A stretch of 64,000 nucleotides of DNA, taken from contig OZ244922.1 of NCBI GenBank assembly GCA_965221905.1, forward strand, positions 224,001-288,000, read 5' to 3'. The translations under genes and the position numbers were made by a program. The DNA is from Chloroflexota bacterium. Its GTDB lineage: Bacteria; Chloroflexota; UBA11872; VXOZ01. This document shows positions 9,426 through 18,558 of this stretch, in pieces. A model generated the notes under the pieces. The model did no database searches and was not told where the DNA came from. It worked only from the letters and a program-made list of their open reading frames with translations. The first letter of the stretch is position 1, and every line of letters starts with the position of its first letter.

Positions 9426-10493
9426 TTAAGTCGCAGCCAGAGTGGCTTCCATGCGGCGGGCGAGGGTGTAGACGCCGGGGAGGAGCACGGCGCAGATGGC
9501 GAAGCCTATGGTGAGTTCTACCCACACGTCGGCGAGGCCCGCGCCGCGGATGGCGATGTCGAACAATGGCGAGAGGAAATAGTAGGTCGGGAAGATTTTT
9601 GCGATCCACTGGGGCAAGTTCGGCCAGATGAAGAAGACGACGGGGGCCACAAGCACGATGGCCCCGGACTTCCAGATGGTATAGAGCGCCTTGGTATCTT
9701 TGGCGAATGAGCCCAGCATCAGGCCGACCTCCGCCGCCATGAGGGTTGCCAGCACGAGCACGAGTATCAGGGCGGCAGGGTTCGCGCCGAGCGCGCCGTT
9801 CAGCGCCAGGGTCACGACGCCGGTGGCCATTGCCAGGATGAAGCCCAACGCACCTTTTCCAATCAGTACGTCGCTCAAGCGGGTCGGTGTCACCAGCAGC
9901 GCCGTGAGTGTGCGCTTTTCTTTCTCCTCCACGAGGCTCGTGGCCGGGGTCAGCGCGCCCGCGATGAGCACCGCCATGAGCACGATCAACGGCAGCAAGC
10001 GGGAGACGATGGGCACCGTGTCGCCTTCGCCCACCGTGATGGTCTCAACATCGATAGGCGCCGGGGAGCCTGCCACTTGGCGAATGAGGTCTACCATCGT
10101 CACCCCCAGCACAACCCGGTTGGAGGCCAGGCTCTGGCCGCCGAAGAAGAACTGCACGTTGGGCATCTGGCCGGTCTGCAGGGCACCGTCGAAACCCGCC
10201 GGCAGCACCAAACCTGCGTCCAGATCGTTGTTCTCTACCAGCGATTTCAAGGCAGCGGCGGACTCCGGAAACGTCACCTGGATACCCTCGACTTCGCGGA
10301 CGTTCTGAACGACCTGCGATTCGCCTTCGTCAACGATGCCGAGCCGGGGGACGGGATCAAAGAGGCTGCCGAACACCACGCGAATCAGGAGCGTGAGGAT
10401 CACCGGCAGGACAATGGCGTACAGAAAGATTGGCGAGCGCGGTCCGACGCCCAAGTCCTTGCGCAACAGGTGCCACGCGTGTATTCCGGTCAT
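9426..10493 (-). CDS. ABC-2 type exporter permease
   Basis: Multi-TM with extracellular domain; EEKEKRTLTALLVTP motif. Confidence 0.88.
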   Translation of the reverse strand: MTGIHAWHLLRKDLGVGPRSPIFLYAIVLPVILTLLIRVVFGSLFDPVPRLGIVDEGESQVVQNVREVEGIQVTFPESAAALKSLVENNDLDAGLVLPAGFDGALQTGQMPNVQFFFGGQSLASNRVVLGVTMVDLIRQVAGSPAPIDVETITVGEGDTVPIVSRLLPLIVLMAVLIAGALTPATSLVEEKEKRTLTALLVTPTRLSDVLIGKGALGFILAMATGVVTLALNGALGANPAALILVLVLATLMAAEVGLMLGSFAKDTKALYTIWKSGAIVLVAPVVFFIWPNLPQWIAKIFPTYYFLSPLFDIAIRGAGLADVWVELTIGFAICAVLLPGVYTLARRMEATLAAT

Positions 10494-10521
10494 AACGTCT
10501 CTACCTTTTTCTCAAATGTCT

Positions 10522-10950
10522 TGTAGCGCGGGGGCTCGTCCTTCGCGCTTTTCCGCGCAAATGCTATGGTAATTGTCTAGACTGCTTCTTCCCTGGTTGT
10601 GCGCAGGTTACAAACCTGCGCTACCGGAAGAGCGGTGTGCATAACACGATCAGAACCTTCTTCCGCGGGTTCAATGCAGGATGCTTGAGTTCATACCCGT
10701 CCTGCCCACCTTATTGCGCCTCTACTTCTCTTTCTGGAGTAATTGGCCCGTGGCGCGGGGGCTTGTCCCCCACTTCTGCGCTCTTGTGTTCGTGGGATCT
10801 CTGTGGCTCCATTGGCTTCTAGCTCTGCGACACTTCCAAAGTGCTCTCCGTACGTACTTCGACAGGCTCAGCACGAACGGAGAGTAGAGCCCAGCTCATA
10901 GAATTCAGCCTCCCCACCGTTCGCCCTGAGCTTGTCGAAGGGTGAACGGT
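10522..10950. repeat. Cluster of family A, B and C palindromic repeats between two permease genes
   Basis: B at ~10522 and 10750, A at 10601-10627, C at 10844-10884 and 10916-10950. Confidence 0.8.
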
Positions 10951-10999
10951 TCGAGTCAATGTCTTGGCAATAGTCTTGCGGCCTCTTACTGCTCCATGC

Positions 11000-12112
11000 C
11001 TAGAGCGTTTCCACTTTTCGCTTCAATATGACCCATCCCGCCGCGAATGCGAGCAGGCACCATACCAGCAGCATGCCGAGATACGGCAAGACCTCCAGCC
11101 AACCGGCGTTGTAAGCGCTGGCCTGCACCACGGCTTGTATCAAGCCATAGGAAGGCAAGACCTTCACCCACACCGCGGCGGTACCGGGGAAGAGCACCGC
11201 AATCGCCGGAATCATGAGCGGGATCATGAAGGCCATGCCGTAGAAGAGCGTTTCGATGAAGTCCTTGCCGGCGGCGCCCGCAATTAGACCGAAGCCGGTC
11301 ACCAGCACCGCGCCCAACAAGAGCGCGCATAGCAGGATGAGCGGTTGGTTGGCGAATGAGCCGATGATCAGCAATAGGAGCACGGCTTGGGCGAAGGCCA
11401 TCGCCGTGCCCAAGATGCCTTTGGCAGCCAGAAAGTCCGAGACGAGGGTCGGCGAGACGAGCACGGCGGTCACCGTGCGGGCTTGAATCTCGGTGGCAAT
11501 CAGCGAACTGAGCGCAAAGGTCTCGATGACGAGCGCCAGAATTGCGAAGAGGGGGCGGATTTTCTCGCGAAACGGTACTTGATCGCCCACCCGGTCTTCA
11601 CCGAGGATGATCACCTCGCGGTCCGGTTCTGCTACCGGCAGGGGATTGCCCGACAAGGAGTAGGCAATCTCGCGTACAAAGCTCGTCATGGCGCGGCGCA
11701 TCTCCACCGGCACATTGGCGTCCACGTACACGCGGACTGTGGTTTGCTGTCCGGCGGCGACGCGCTGGAGGAAGTCATCGGGGAAGGCCAGCCCAATCGC
11801 AAGCGGCTCCTCCGGCTCCGCATCGCCCATGCCCAGCGCCGCCTCCAGCGCCTCTATCGACTCAAACTGCACGATCTCGATGCCTGCGCTCTGGTCGCCC
11901 ATGGCCTCCGTGAAGATTGCGTCCATGCCCGTTTGGCGTACGCCCACCGCAAACGACTCATTCACGCTGCTCGGCAGCAGCCAGAAGGCGATGGCATAGA
12001 ATAAGATGCCAATTACGGTTATCACCACAAAGAACCGCTCGCGGCTGTATTCCAGCATATCCTTGCGCACAATCGCCCAGAGGATCGCGGCGCGTGACAC
12101 TTGGGTGCTCAT
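11000..12112 (-). CDS. ABC-2 type exporter permease
   Basis: Paralog of 9426-10493; EIQARTVTAVLVSP motif. Confidence 0.88.
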   Translation of the reverse strand: MSTQVSRAAILWAIVRKDMLEYSRERFFVVITVIGILFYAIAFWLLPSSVNESFAVGVRQTGMDAIFTEAMGDQSAGIEIVQFESIEALEAALGMGDAEPEEPLAIGLAFPDDFLQRVAAGQQTTVRVYVDANVPVEMRRAMTSFVREIAYSLSGNPLPVAEPDREVIILGEDRVGDQVPFREKIRPLFAILALVIETFALSSLIATEIQARTVTAVLVSPTLVSDFLAAKGILGTAMAFAQAVLLLLIIGSFANQPLILLCALLLGAVLVTGFGLIAGAAGKDFIETLFYGMAFMIPLMIPAIAVLFPGTAAVWVKVLPSYGLIQAVVQASAYNAGWLEVLPYLGMLLVWCLLAFAAGWVILKRKVETL

Positions 12113-12972
12113 TCTTGCAGTCCTCTGCCCGTCAGCGTAATGAAGACAGCTTCCAGAGTCGCCTCTTCAGTGTGGATAGTCAGCAAGCCCTCCGCGCCCA
12201 CCACGTCTTTCAGGCGGTCGCCGGTGTCGCTGGCGTCGAGCGGCACCACCTGCTCGCGTACCTCATCATTCTCGCGGGTACGCACCCGCACCGACCGCTG
12301 GCCGTGAGCGAGCTTGAGGTTTTCCGGTGTGTCCAGCGCCGCGATTTTGCCGTCATTGATGAATGCCACGCGGTCGGAGAGTTTATCCGCCTCATCCATG
12401 TCGTGGGTGGTGAGCAAGATCGCTGCGCCGCGCTCTGCTTCTTCCTCTATCACGCGGCGAATGGCCTGCGAAGATACCGGATCGAGCCCGTCGGTGGGCT
12501 CATCGAGGAAGAGGATATCGGGAGTGTTCATCAGGCACCGGGCGACCATAAGACGCTGCTGCATGCCTTTGGAATAGCCTTTTACGCGGTCGTCGGCCCG
12601 ATCGGCCAGACCCACCCGCTGCAGCAGAGGCGCAGCATCGAAGTCGCGTATGCCAAATAGCCTGGCGAAGAAGTGCAGGTTCTCCTTGGCGGAGAGATTG
12701 AGATAGAGGTTCTTTTCCTCAAAGCAGACGCCGATGCGCCCCTGAATTTTGTCACGATCTTTGGCAACGTTCATACCCAGAATTGAGATTTCGCCGCTTT
12801 GGGGTCGCATTTGGCCGGTAAGCAGCTTGATCGTGGTGGACTTGCCCGCGCCGTTTGGACCCAGGAAGCCCAAGACCTCACCCTGCGCGACGGAAAAGCT
12901 GACATCATCCACCGCCTTTACGTCGCCATAGGCATAACTGACGCCATCTACACGAATGGCTTCCACACTCAT
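12109..12972 (-). CDS. ABC exporter ATP-binding subunit
   Basis: GPNGAGKST, YSKGMQQR, LDEPT; ATGA overlap with permease. Confidence 0.92.
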   Translation of the reverse strand: MSVEAIRVDGVSYAYGDVKAVDDVSFSVAQGEVLGFLGPNGAGKSTTIKLLTGQMRPQSGEISILGMNVAKDRDKIQGRIGVCFEEKNLYLNLSAKENLHFFARLFGIRDFDAAPLLQRVGLADRADDRVKGYSKGMQQRLMVARCLMNTPDILFLDEPTDGLDPVSSQAIRRVIEEEAERGAAILLTTHDMDEADKLSDRVAFINDGKIAALDTPENLKLAHGQRSVRVRTRENDEVREQVVPLDASDTGDRLKDVVGAEGLLTIHTEEATLEAVFITLTGRGLQE

Positions 12973-13054
12973 GTGTTACCTCTCTTTTGCCCTCGGTGGA
13001 TGTTACCTGCCGCAATGCAGAACGTCGTTGCCCCTCGCCGGTCGAGCATTGTCC

Positions 13055-13243
13055 CGTCACTCCCGCGAAAGCGGGAATCCATCCTTTGGCTTCTATTGCG
13101 TGCGTCGTGTGGTATAGATCGTTGCCAAGACCCCTGTGCTATGCATTGCTCGTTTACCGCGTGCAAAGCGTTCTAGGAGGCGGGGGACAAGCCCCCGCGC
13201 TACGAGGAGTTTGTGACTCCTAACCCTCTCCCTCAGGAGAGGG
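13055..13243. repeat. Family D (CGTC-type), B and F palindromic repeats
   Basis: cgtcactcccgcgaaagcgggaatcca 13055-13081; gcgggggacaagcccccgcgctac 13180-13203. Confidence 0.8.
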
Positions 13244-13284
13244 AACAGCCATGCAGAGCGGGACATCCTATCGCGTTGACTCTA

Positions 13285-13926
13285 TCACGAAATCCGCAGT
13301 TGTACGGCGACGATATGCCAAATTTCAGCGGCCACGTCGTCAACGGCTCGCTGTGCGTCTACAATGCCCCAGCGGCCCGGTTCTGCTTGGGCCAATTTGT
13401 GGTAGCCAGCGGCCACTTCCTGATGGAAGGCAGTGTCAAAGAGGTCCATGCGATTGGTCGGCTTGCCACTGCTGGCGGCGCGAAATCGACGTTGCAGCCC
13501 AGACTCTGCGGGCAAATCGAGGAGAAGCGTGAGGTGCGGCACGAGGCCGCCGGTAGCGAAGTCATTGAGCTCACGCAGCGTCGCTGAGTCCTGCCCGCGG
13601 GCGTAGCCCTGGTACGCAAAGGTCGAATCGCTGTAGCGGTCGCAAATGACCACGTGCCCAGAGTCGAGCGCCGGCCGGATGACCTCGTGGACGAGCTGCG
13701 CGCGGGCGGCGCACATGAGCAGCGCCTCGGTGTGCGGATGAATCTCTACCCGTGATTGATCGAGCACCACGGCGCGAATGCGGTCGCTTATGGGCGTGCC
13801 GCCCGGTTCACGCGTCGTAACCACCGGATACCCCGCTTGTTGCAGACGGTCGGCAAGCAATGCTACCTGGGTGGTCTTGCCGGAACCCTCCACACCTTCG
13901 AATGTAATGAAGATTCCGTGGTTCAT
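13285..13926 (-). CDS. tmk: Thymidylate kinase
   Basis: FITFEGVEGSGKTTQ, TREPGGT, DRYSDSTFAYQG. Confidence 0.96.
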   Translation of the reverse strand: MNHGIFITFEGVEGSGKTTQVALLADRLQQAGYPVVTTREPGGTPISDRIRAVVLDQSRVEIHPHTEALLMCAARAQLVHEVIRPALDSGHVVICDRYSDSTFAYQGYARGQDSATLRELNDFATGGLVPHLTLLLDLPAESGLQRRFRAASSGKPTNRMDLFDTAFHQEVAAGYHKLAQAEPGRWGIVDAQRAVDDVAAEIWHIVAVQLRIS

Positions 13927-13964
13927 TCTTGCCACGTGTTCGTTTACCCACTTAACTGTATGCA

Positions 13965-14040
13965 TGTCATTCCGAGCGCAGCGAGGAATCTATAAGTCTA
14001 GCACTTCAGATTCCTCGTCGCTCTGCTCCTCGGCATGACA
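13965..14040. repeat. Family-E inverted repeat element (also ~25692-25718)
   Basis: tgtcattccgagcgcagcgaggaatct ... agattcctcgtcgctctgctcctcggcatgaca. Confidence 0.75.
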
Positions 14041-14058
14041 TGAATCGGACGCCCTACT

Positions 14059-15492
14059 CTACACTCCCGCCAGCGCACGGGCGACCTGGATGAGGGACTG
14101 AACGCGTGCAGGACTATTCGCCTCGGCGTAGATGCGCATGATGGGCTCCGTGCCGGAGAAGCGGACACACACCCAAGCGTCGTCTTGCAGTGTGTAGTGG
14201 AAGCCGTTCTGGGCGCGGCATCGGACCACTTCACTATCGGCGAGTGTTGTCGGCACGTGCGCCTGCATGCGCGCCGTGATATTTTCACGTTCCTCCGGTG
14301 GGAAGTCCAGGTCAAGTCGGTCGTAGTGGTGCGGACCTACCAGGCTAAAGAGGTGCTCCACGAGTTGAGTCGGCGTACGGCCGGACTGCACCACGTAGTC
14401 CAGCAGAAAGAGCCCCGCCAGTATACCGTCGCGTTCCGGCACGTGCCCGCGAAAGGCGTAGCCGCCGCTTTCCTCGCCGCCCAGCAGCGCATCGGTTTCC
14501 AGCATCTTGGGGGCCACGAACTTAAAGCCCACCGGCGTTTCGTGCACCGGTACGTTGAATTGCTCGCCGAGGCGGTTGAGCATGGTGCTGGAGGTAAATG
14601 TCTTCACAATCGGTCCGCGCTGACCGCGCACCTCAAGGAGATAGAGTGCCAGCAGCGACATGACCGTAAGCTGGTTGAGGAACTCTCCACTCTCGTCGCA
14701 CGCGCCGAGGCGGTCGGCGTCACCGTCGGTTGCCAGGCCCAACTGTGCTCCCATCTGGCGCACGATACTGAAGAGGTCATGCAAATTACCCGGTATCGGC
14801 TCCGGGTTATGCATGTTGGGGAACATTGGATTGCGCTCGTTGTGGAGATCGTATACCTCCAAAGAGCCGCCCTGGAGAATATTGCTGAACCAATCCAATC
14901 CGGCTCCATACATTGCGTCTACCACCAGCGTGCCTTCCCAAGCCCGCAGAGCTTCGAGATCGAGCATCCGGCCGATGTGCGCCAGGTACGCAGACGCGGG
15001 GTCGAACCGCTCGCACAGTCCTGCTTTCTCGGCTTGAGCAATGGGAGTAGCGCGCACGTCTCGCGGATGCAGCGCGTTGACGATTTTCTCTATCTTCGCC
15101 AATTCCTCCGGCGGCGTGGCGCCGCCATACGCGGACCGCACCTTATATCCCTGGTAGTCGAAGGGGTTATGGCTCGCCGTGAGCGTAATACCGCCGCCGG
15201 CCTGGCGGTTGACGATTGCATGGGCGAAGACCGGTGTTGGTGTCGGCGCAACGGTGAGGGCCACGGGAATGTTGTTGCCGGCCAGCACCTCGGCCGCCGC
15301 CTCGGCAAACATTTCGGCGTTGAAGCGGGTATCGTAAGCCACGACAAAGCCTCTCGCGGCTTCTTCCGGATGCTCATTTTGCCAGAACTGGGCTACAGCC
15401 TGCGTGAGCAGGCGGACGTTGGCGACGGTGTAGTCGGCGCCAATGATCGCGCGCCAGCCATCGGTGCCAAACGTTATCGGTGAAGACTCCAT
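14059..15492 (-). CDS. Phosphoglucomutase/phosphomannomutase family protein
   Basis: FGTDGWR, TASHNP, DGDADR, GEESGG, RFSGTEP. Confidence 0.95.
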   Translation of the reverse strand: MESSPITFGTDGWRAIIGADYTVANVRLLTQAVAQFWQNEHPEEAARGFVVAYDTRFNAEMFAEAAAEVLAGNNIPVALTVAPTPTPVFAHAIVNRQAGGGITLTASHNPFDYQGYKVRSAYGGATPPEELAKIEKIVNALHPRDVRATPIAQAEKAGLCERFDPASAYLAHIGRMLDLEALRAWEGTLVVDAMYGAGLDWFSNILQGGSLEVYDLHNERNPMFPNMHNPEPIPGNLHDLFSIVRQMGAQLGLATDGDADRLGACDESGEFLNQLTVMSLLALYLLEVRGQRGPIVKTFTSSTMLNRLGEQFNVPVHETPVGFKFVAPKMLETDALLGGEESGGYAFRGHVPERDGILAGLFLLDYVVQSGRTPTQLVEHLFSLVGPHHYDRLDLDFPPEERENITARMQAHVPTTLADSEVVRCRAQNGFHYTLQDDAWVCVRFSGTEPIMRIYAEANSPARVQSLIQVARALAGV

Positions 15493-15572
15493 CCTGGTTC
15501 AGGTGCTCCTTTTGAATAAAGGCAATGCGTTTCTAGAATTTAGTTGCGTGAAGCCTTGCATTGGCAATGAAC

Positions 15573-16535
15573 TCATGTAGTAGCGCGCAGGCGGTCCCGC
15601 CAGTAGTCGAGTGTGTCCTCCAAGGTCTGTTCCAGGGGAATCTCGGCCCGCCAGCCGGTCTGCTCCTGGATCGCGCGCGGGTCCGCCTGGAGTATCGGCA
15701 GGTCGCCCGGCCGGAAGAGCGCCGGATCCGTTTCCACCGCTACGTTTACCTGCGTTAGCCCCAGCATTATCTGCAGCATCTCATCGATCGAGCGCGCGGC
15801 ACCGGAACCGATAGTATAGACCGCGCCGGGCGTGCCTTTATACAGCGCCAGCCAGTAGGCGCGGGCCACGTCGCGCACGTCGGTGAAGTCACGCTTGGCG
15901 CTCATGTTGCCCACTTTCAACGTCGGCGGAATTGCTCCTGCCTCCATCTGCGCCAGTTGCTGCGCAAAGCGGGCGATGACGAAGTCCGGCGCTTGGCGCG
16001 GCCCGATGTGGTTGAACGGGCGCACACGCACGATGGGCAACCCGTGGCTCTGCCAATACTGCAACGCCAGCATGTCCTGCCCCACCTTGCTCACCGCGTA
16101 CGGATCGGCGGGACGAAACGGCGCTGTTTCGCTCACGGGCAGGTCTTGCTCGTCCACCATGCCGTAGACGTTGCTCGAACTCACCACGAGCAGTCGCGCC
16201 TCCGGCACGTGCTGCTGCATTGCCAGAATCACGTTCAGTTGCCCGAGAATGTTGGTGGTGAGGGTCGCGGCCGGATCGCTCCACGCTGTCGGCACGTGGG
16301 CTTGGGCTGCAAGATGGAAGATCCTATCCGGCTTGATCGCGGCAAGCGCGGCATGCATGCCGGCTTCGTCGGTGATGTTCGCAACGTGGAGTTGCACGCG
16401 ATCGCCGAGGTGTACAAGGTTTGGATGCGGCCCCGGCGTTTGAGTCAGACCCCACACCTCGGCGCCCCGCGCCACGCACATATCCGCTAAATGACTGCCC
16501 GCAAACCCGGTGATGCCGGTAATGAGTACGCGCAT
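15573..16535 (-). CDS. GDP-mannose 4,6-dehydratase / GDP-4-keto-6-deoxymannose reductase (Rmd-like) SDR
   Basis: LITGITGFAGSHL, HLAAQ, YAVSK, RPFNHIGPRQ, RDFTDVRD. Confidence 0.85.
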   Translation of the reverse strand: MRVLITGITGFAGSHLADMCVARGAEVWGLTQTPGPHPNLVHLGDRVQLHVANITDEAGMHAALAAIKPDRIFHLAAQAHVPTAWSDPAATLTTNILGQLNVILAMQQHVPEARLLVVSSSNVYGMVDEQDLPVSETAPFRPADPYAVSKVGQDMLALQYWQSHGLPIVRVRPFNHIGPRQAPDFVIARFAQQLAQMEAGAIPPTLKVGNMSAKRDFTDVRDVARAYWLALYKGTPGAVYTIGSGAARSIDEMLQIMLGLTQVNVAVETDPALFRPGDLPILQADPRAIQEQTGWRAEIPLEQTLEDTLDYWRDRLRATT

Positions 16536-16808
16536 GGGGAGCGGCTTCTCGAATGGTGTGAAGGGGTGGGTTCCTGTGGCGATTATACGCGGCTCTGATT
16601 GGCTGCGGCAACCGCGAAATAGGCCAGATTCAATTGGCCCTGACAGGCTACGGCACATTGAAGGCACTATGGCTTGCGGCGAATAGTCAGGCAGAGCGCT
16701 TTCATTGCCTTAAAAGGCTGCTGACACAAAGTATCGTTCTTCTCAGGCGGCACACGCAGCCCTTCAAAAGAGCCGTAATCTGCATAATGGAAAGGCACGC
16801 TGCGTGGT

Positions 16809-17963
16809 CTAAAAGCTCACTGGCAAGGTGGTACCCCATCCATCTGTCAGAGCTACTTCCGTGATGTCATTGCGCACCCTTACAAGCATCTCTCGATTGG
16901 CGGCATACCCAATTTCGCCTTTGTGCTGAAGTTGGCCCACTACGATGCTTGGATGAACACCTATCGAATCAGCGAACTCTCTGATCCTGAGTTTTGAGTA
17001 GCGGGGCCTAATTCGCCCTATGAACTCTTCAAGTTCGCTCTGTGGCACCAACCAGTTCACAGCCAATGAGTCTGCTGCTACTTCGTGCTTAGGCTTGTCT
17101 TCAGCCGGGAAAGGCTTGTTGCCAACTAAGTCCACGTCGAGAGCAGTGAGTTGGTTTCTAATGCCGTCCCCTCTCTTAATGTGTCCAATTTCGTGCATGA
17201 TAGTGTGCCAAAAGTAATCTATGCGGTCGTATCGCAGAGACAGCGCTACCACAGGAGAATCCTGATCCAACCAAAAGCAAGCACCATCAATTCGTGTCCC
17301 AGGCAAGGCCTCTATTACAAGGAACCGAATGCCGGCGTCACTTAGAACGTTCGGAACATGTCGGACCTCTTCACTACTGCGTGCGAGACTACGCACACTA
17401 TTGATTACCTTGCTCACCTGGCTACGATTGAAGGGACTTGCATCCATGGCTTTTGCGATGTGCTTTGCCCGAAAGAGCCATGCCAGTTGCCCCGATGCAA
17501 TTTCACTGTATGAACTGGACTTCCGTGCTGCATGGTCTTGAAAAACGGGAGCATGTTCTATCGATGGGATTTCGAGAAATTCGCAGACATTTCCTTCGAG
17601 TACGTCGAGATTGCTGGAGTTCTCAATCCAGTTACGTTTCACCATCTGACCTATGGGAGCCATGGAGTACAGCCTGGCACGGCGGGAAACATTGCCGTCG
17701 TCGTCTCTTGACTGCGAAAGCCTATGGAGTCGATAGGATGCTTCTAGGTTCAGCCAAAACTGCGGGTCTGTACCGAATGCTTCCCCAAGCTCATTCGCTG
17801 TCTGTGGTGAAACGCTTCGCTTTCCGGCGACGACTTCACTAACTACCCGAGGAGGACGCCCCATGATGTACGCCAAGTCAGCCTGCGTCCAACCGCGAGC
17901 CTCCAGCTCTTCTTGTATAAACTCCCCGGGGGGAAATGCCTCGGCTACTATTCTCTTAGGCAT
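16809..17963 (-). CDS. higA: HigA-family antitoxin fused to ImmA/IrrE-type metallopeptidase domain
   Basis: N-terminal PPGEFI..EL...GWTQADLA XRE HTH with FWLNLE; C-terminal IDGACFW, FWHTIMHEIGH (HExxH). Confidence 0.85.
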   Translation of the reverse strand: MPKRIVAEAFPPGEFIQEELEARGWTQADLAYIMGRPPRVVSEVVAGKRSVSPQTANELGEAFGTDPQFWLNLEASYRLHRLSQSRDDDGNVSRRARLYSMAPIGQMVKRNWIENSSNLDVLEGNVCEFLEIPSIEHAPVFQDHAARKSSSYSEIASGQLAWLFRAKHIAKAMDASPFNRSQVSKVINSVRSLARSSEEVRHVPNVLSDAGIRFLVIEALPGTRIDGACFWLDQDSPVVALSLRYDRIDYFWHTIMHEIGHIKRGDGIRNQLTALDVDLVGNKPFPAEDKPKHEVAADSLAVNWLVPQSELEEFIGRIRPRYSKLRIREFADSIGVHPSIVVGQLQHKGEIGYAANREMLVRVRNDITEVALTDGWGTTLPVSF

Positions 17964-17993
17964 CTCGCTCTCCTCCTGCTTCTCAATGCACGC

Positions 17994-18290
17994 TCAGTGA
18001 TAGTCTTCTATTGAAATAACCACGATGGTCTTATTTGGCGACTTGCCCTCGTACTGCACTATGAGCCTGAATTGGTCATTCAACCTCATCGAGTGTTGGT
18101 GTCTGCGTGCACCTGCTAGTTTCTCATAGTGAAATGACTTCATCCGATAGAATATGCGCTCGTCAGTTGCTGCTCTAATGGCTTGCATTCGCTTTCGGAA
18201 CGCCTTAACGATAGCCTGCGACCACCTTCCTCTGTAGGAAGGGTCAGTCTCCAGTCTTTCCAATTCGCTGTCTTCATAGCGCACATCCAT
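17994..18290 (-). CDS. higB: HigB (RelE/ParE-family) toxin
   Basis: 98 aa; YEKL.G.R..QHSMRLNDQFRL, C-terminal IEDYH; toxin-first order. Confidence 0.88.
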   Translation of the reverse strand: MDVRYEDSELERLETDPSYRGRWSQAIVKAFRKRMQAIRAATDERIFYRMKSFHYEKLAGARRHQHSMRLNDQFRLIVQYEGKSPNKTIVVISIEDYH

Positions 18291-18299
18291 TTCTCACCA

Positions 18300-18373
18300 A
18301 TTATAGCTTGGAAGTGCAATATCTGTCTATACATTATTACACTTAGTGTAATAATGTATAGACTCTACTTGCA
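18300..18373 (-). promoter_or_regulatory. higBA promoter and long palindromic operator
   Basis: Perfect 19-bp inverted repeat gtctatacattattacact-t-agtgtaataatgtatagac (18325-18363); minus-strand TAGACA-18-TATAAT. Confidence 0.75.
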
Positions 18374-18558
18374 GAATTGAAAGCATGCATCAGCAGTTTG
18401 CTTGTGGCAACCAAGAAACTGCTCTATGGTTACTGGCTTACAGTGCGCACGCAAGATCAATGGAGACCGGGACTTACAAAATTCTCTCGCGCTCGAATTG
18501 TTATATTGTCCTCTAGTAGTTAGTAGAAGTTAGAAGAGGCAGGGGTGGCTTTCGGCGT

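Noticed and set aside
14185-15483. 432-aa plus-strand ORF (similarly 36920-38107, 49583-50710, 47883-48995, 52164-53255)
   Set aside because: Antisense shadows of well-supported genes caused by high-GC codon bias; no recognisable motifs.
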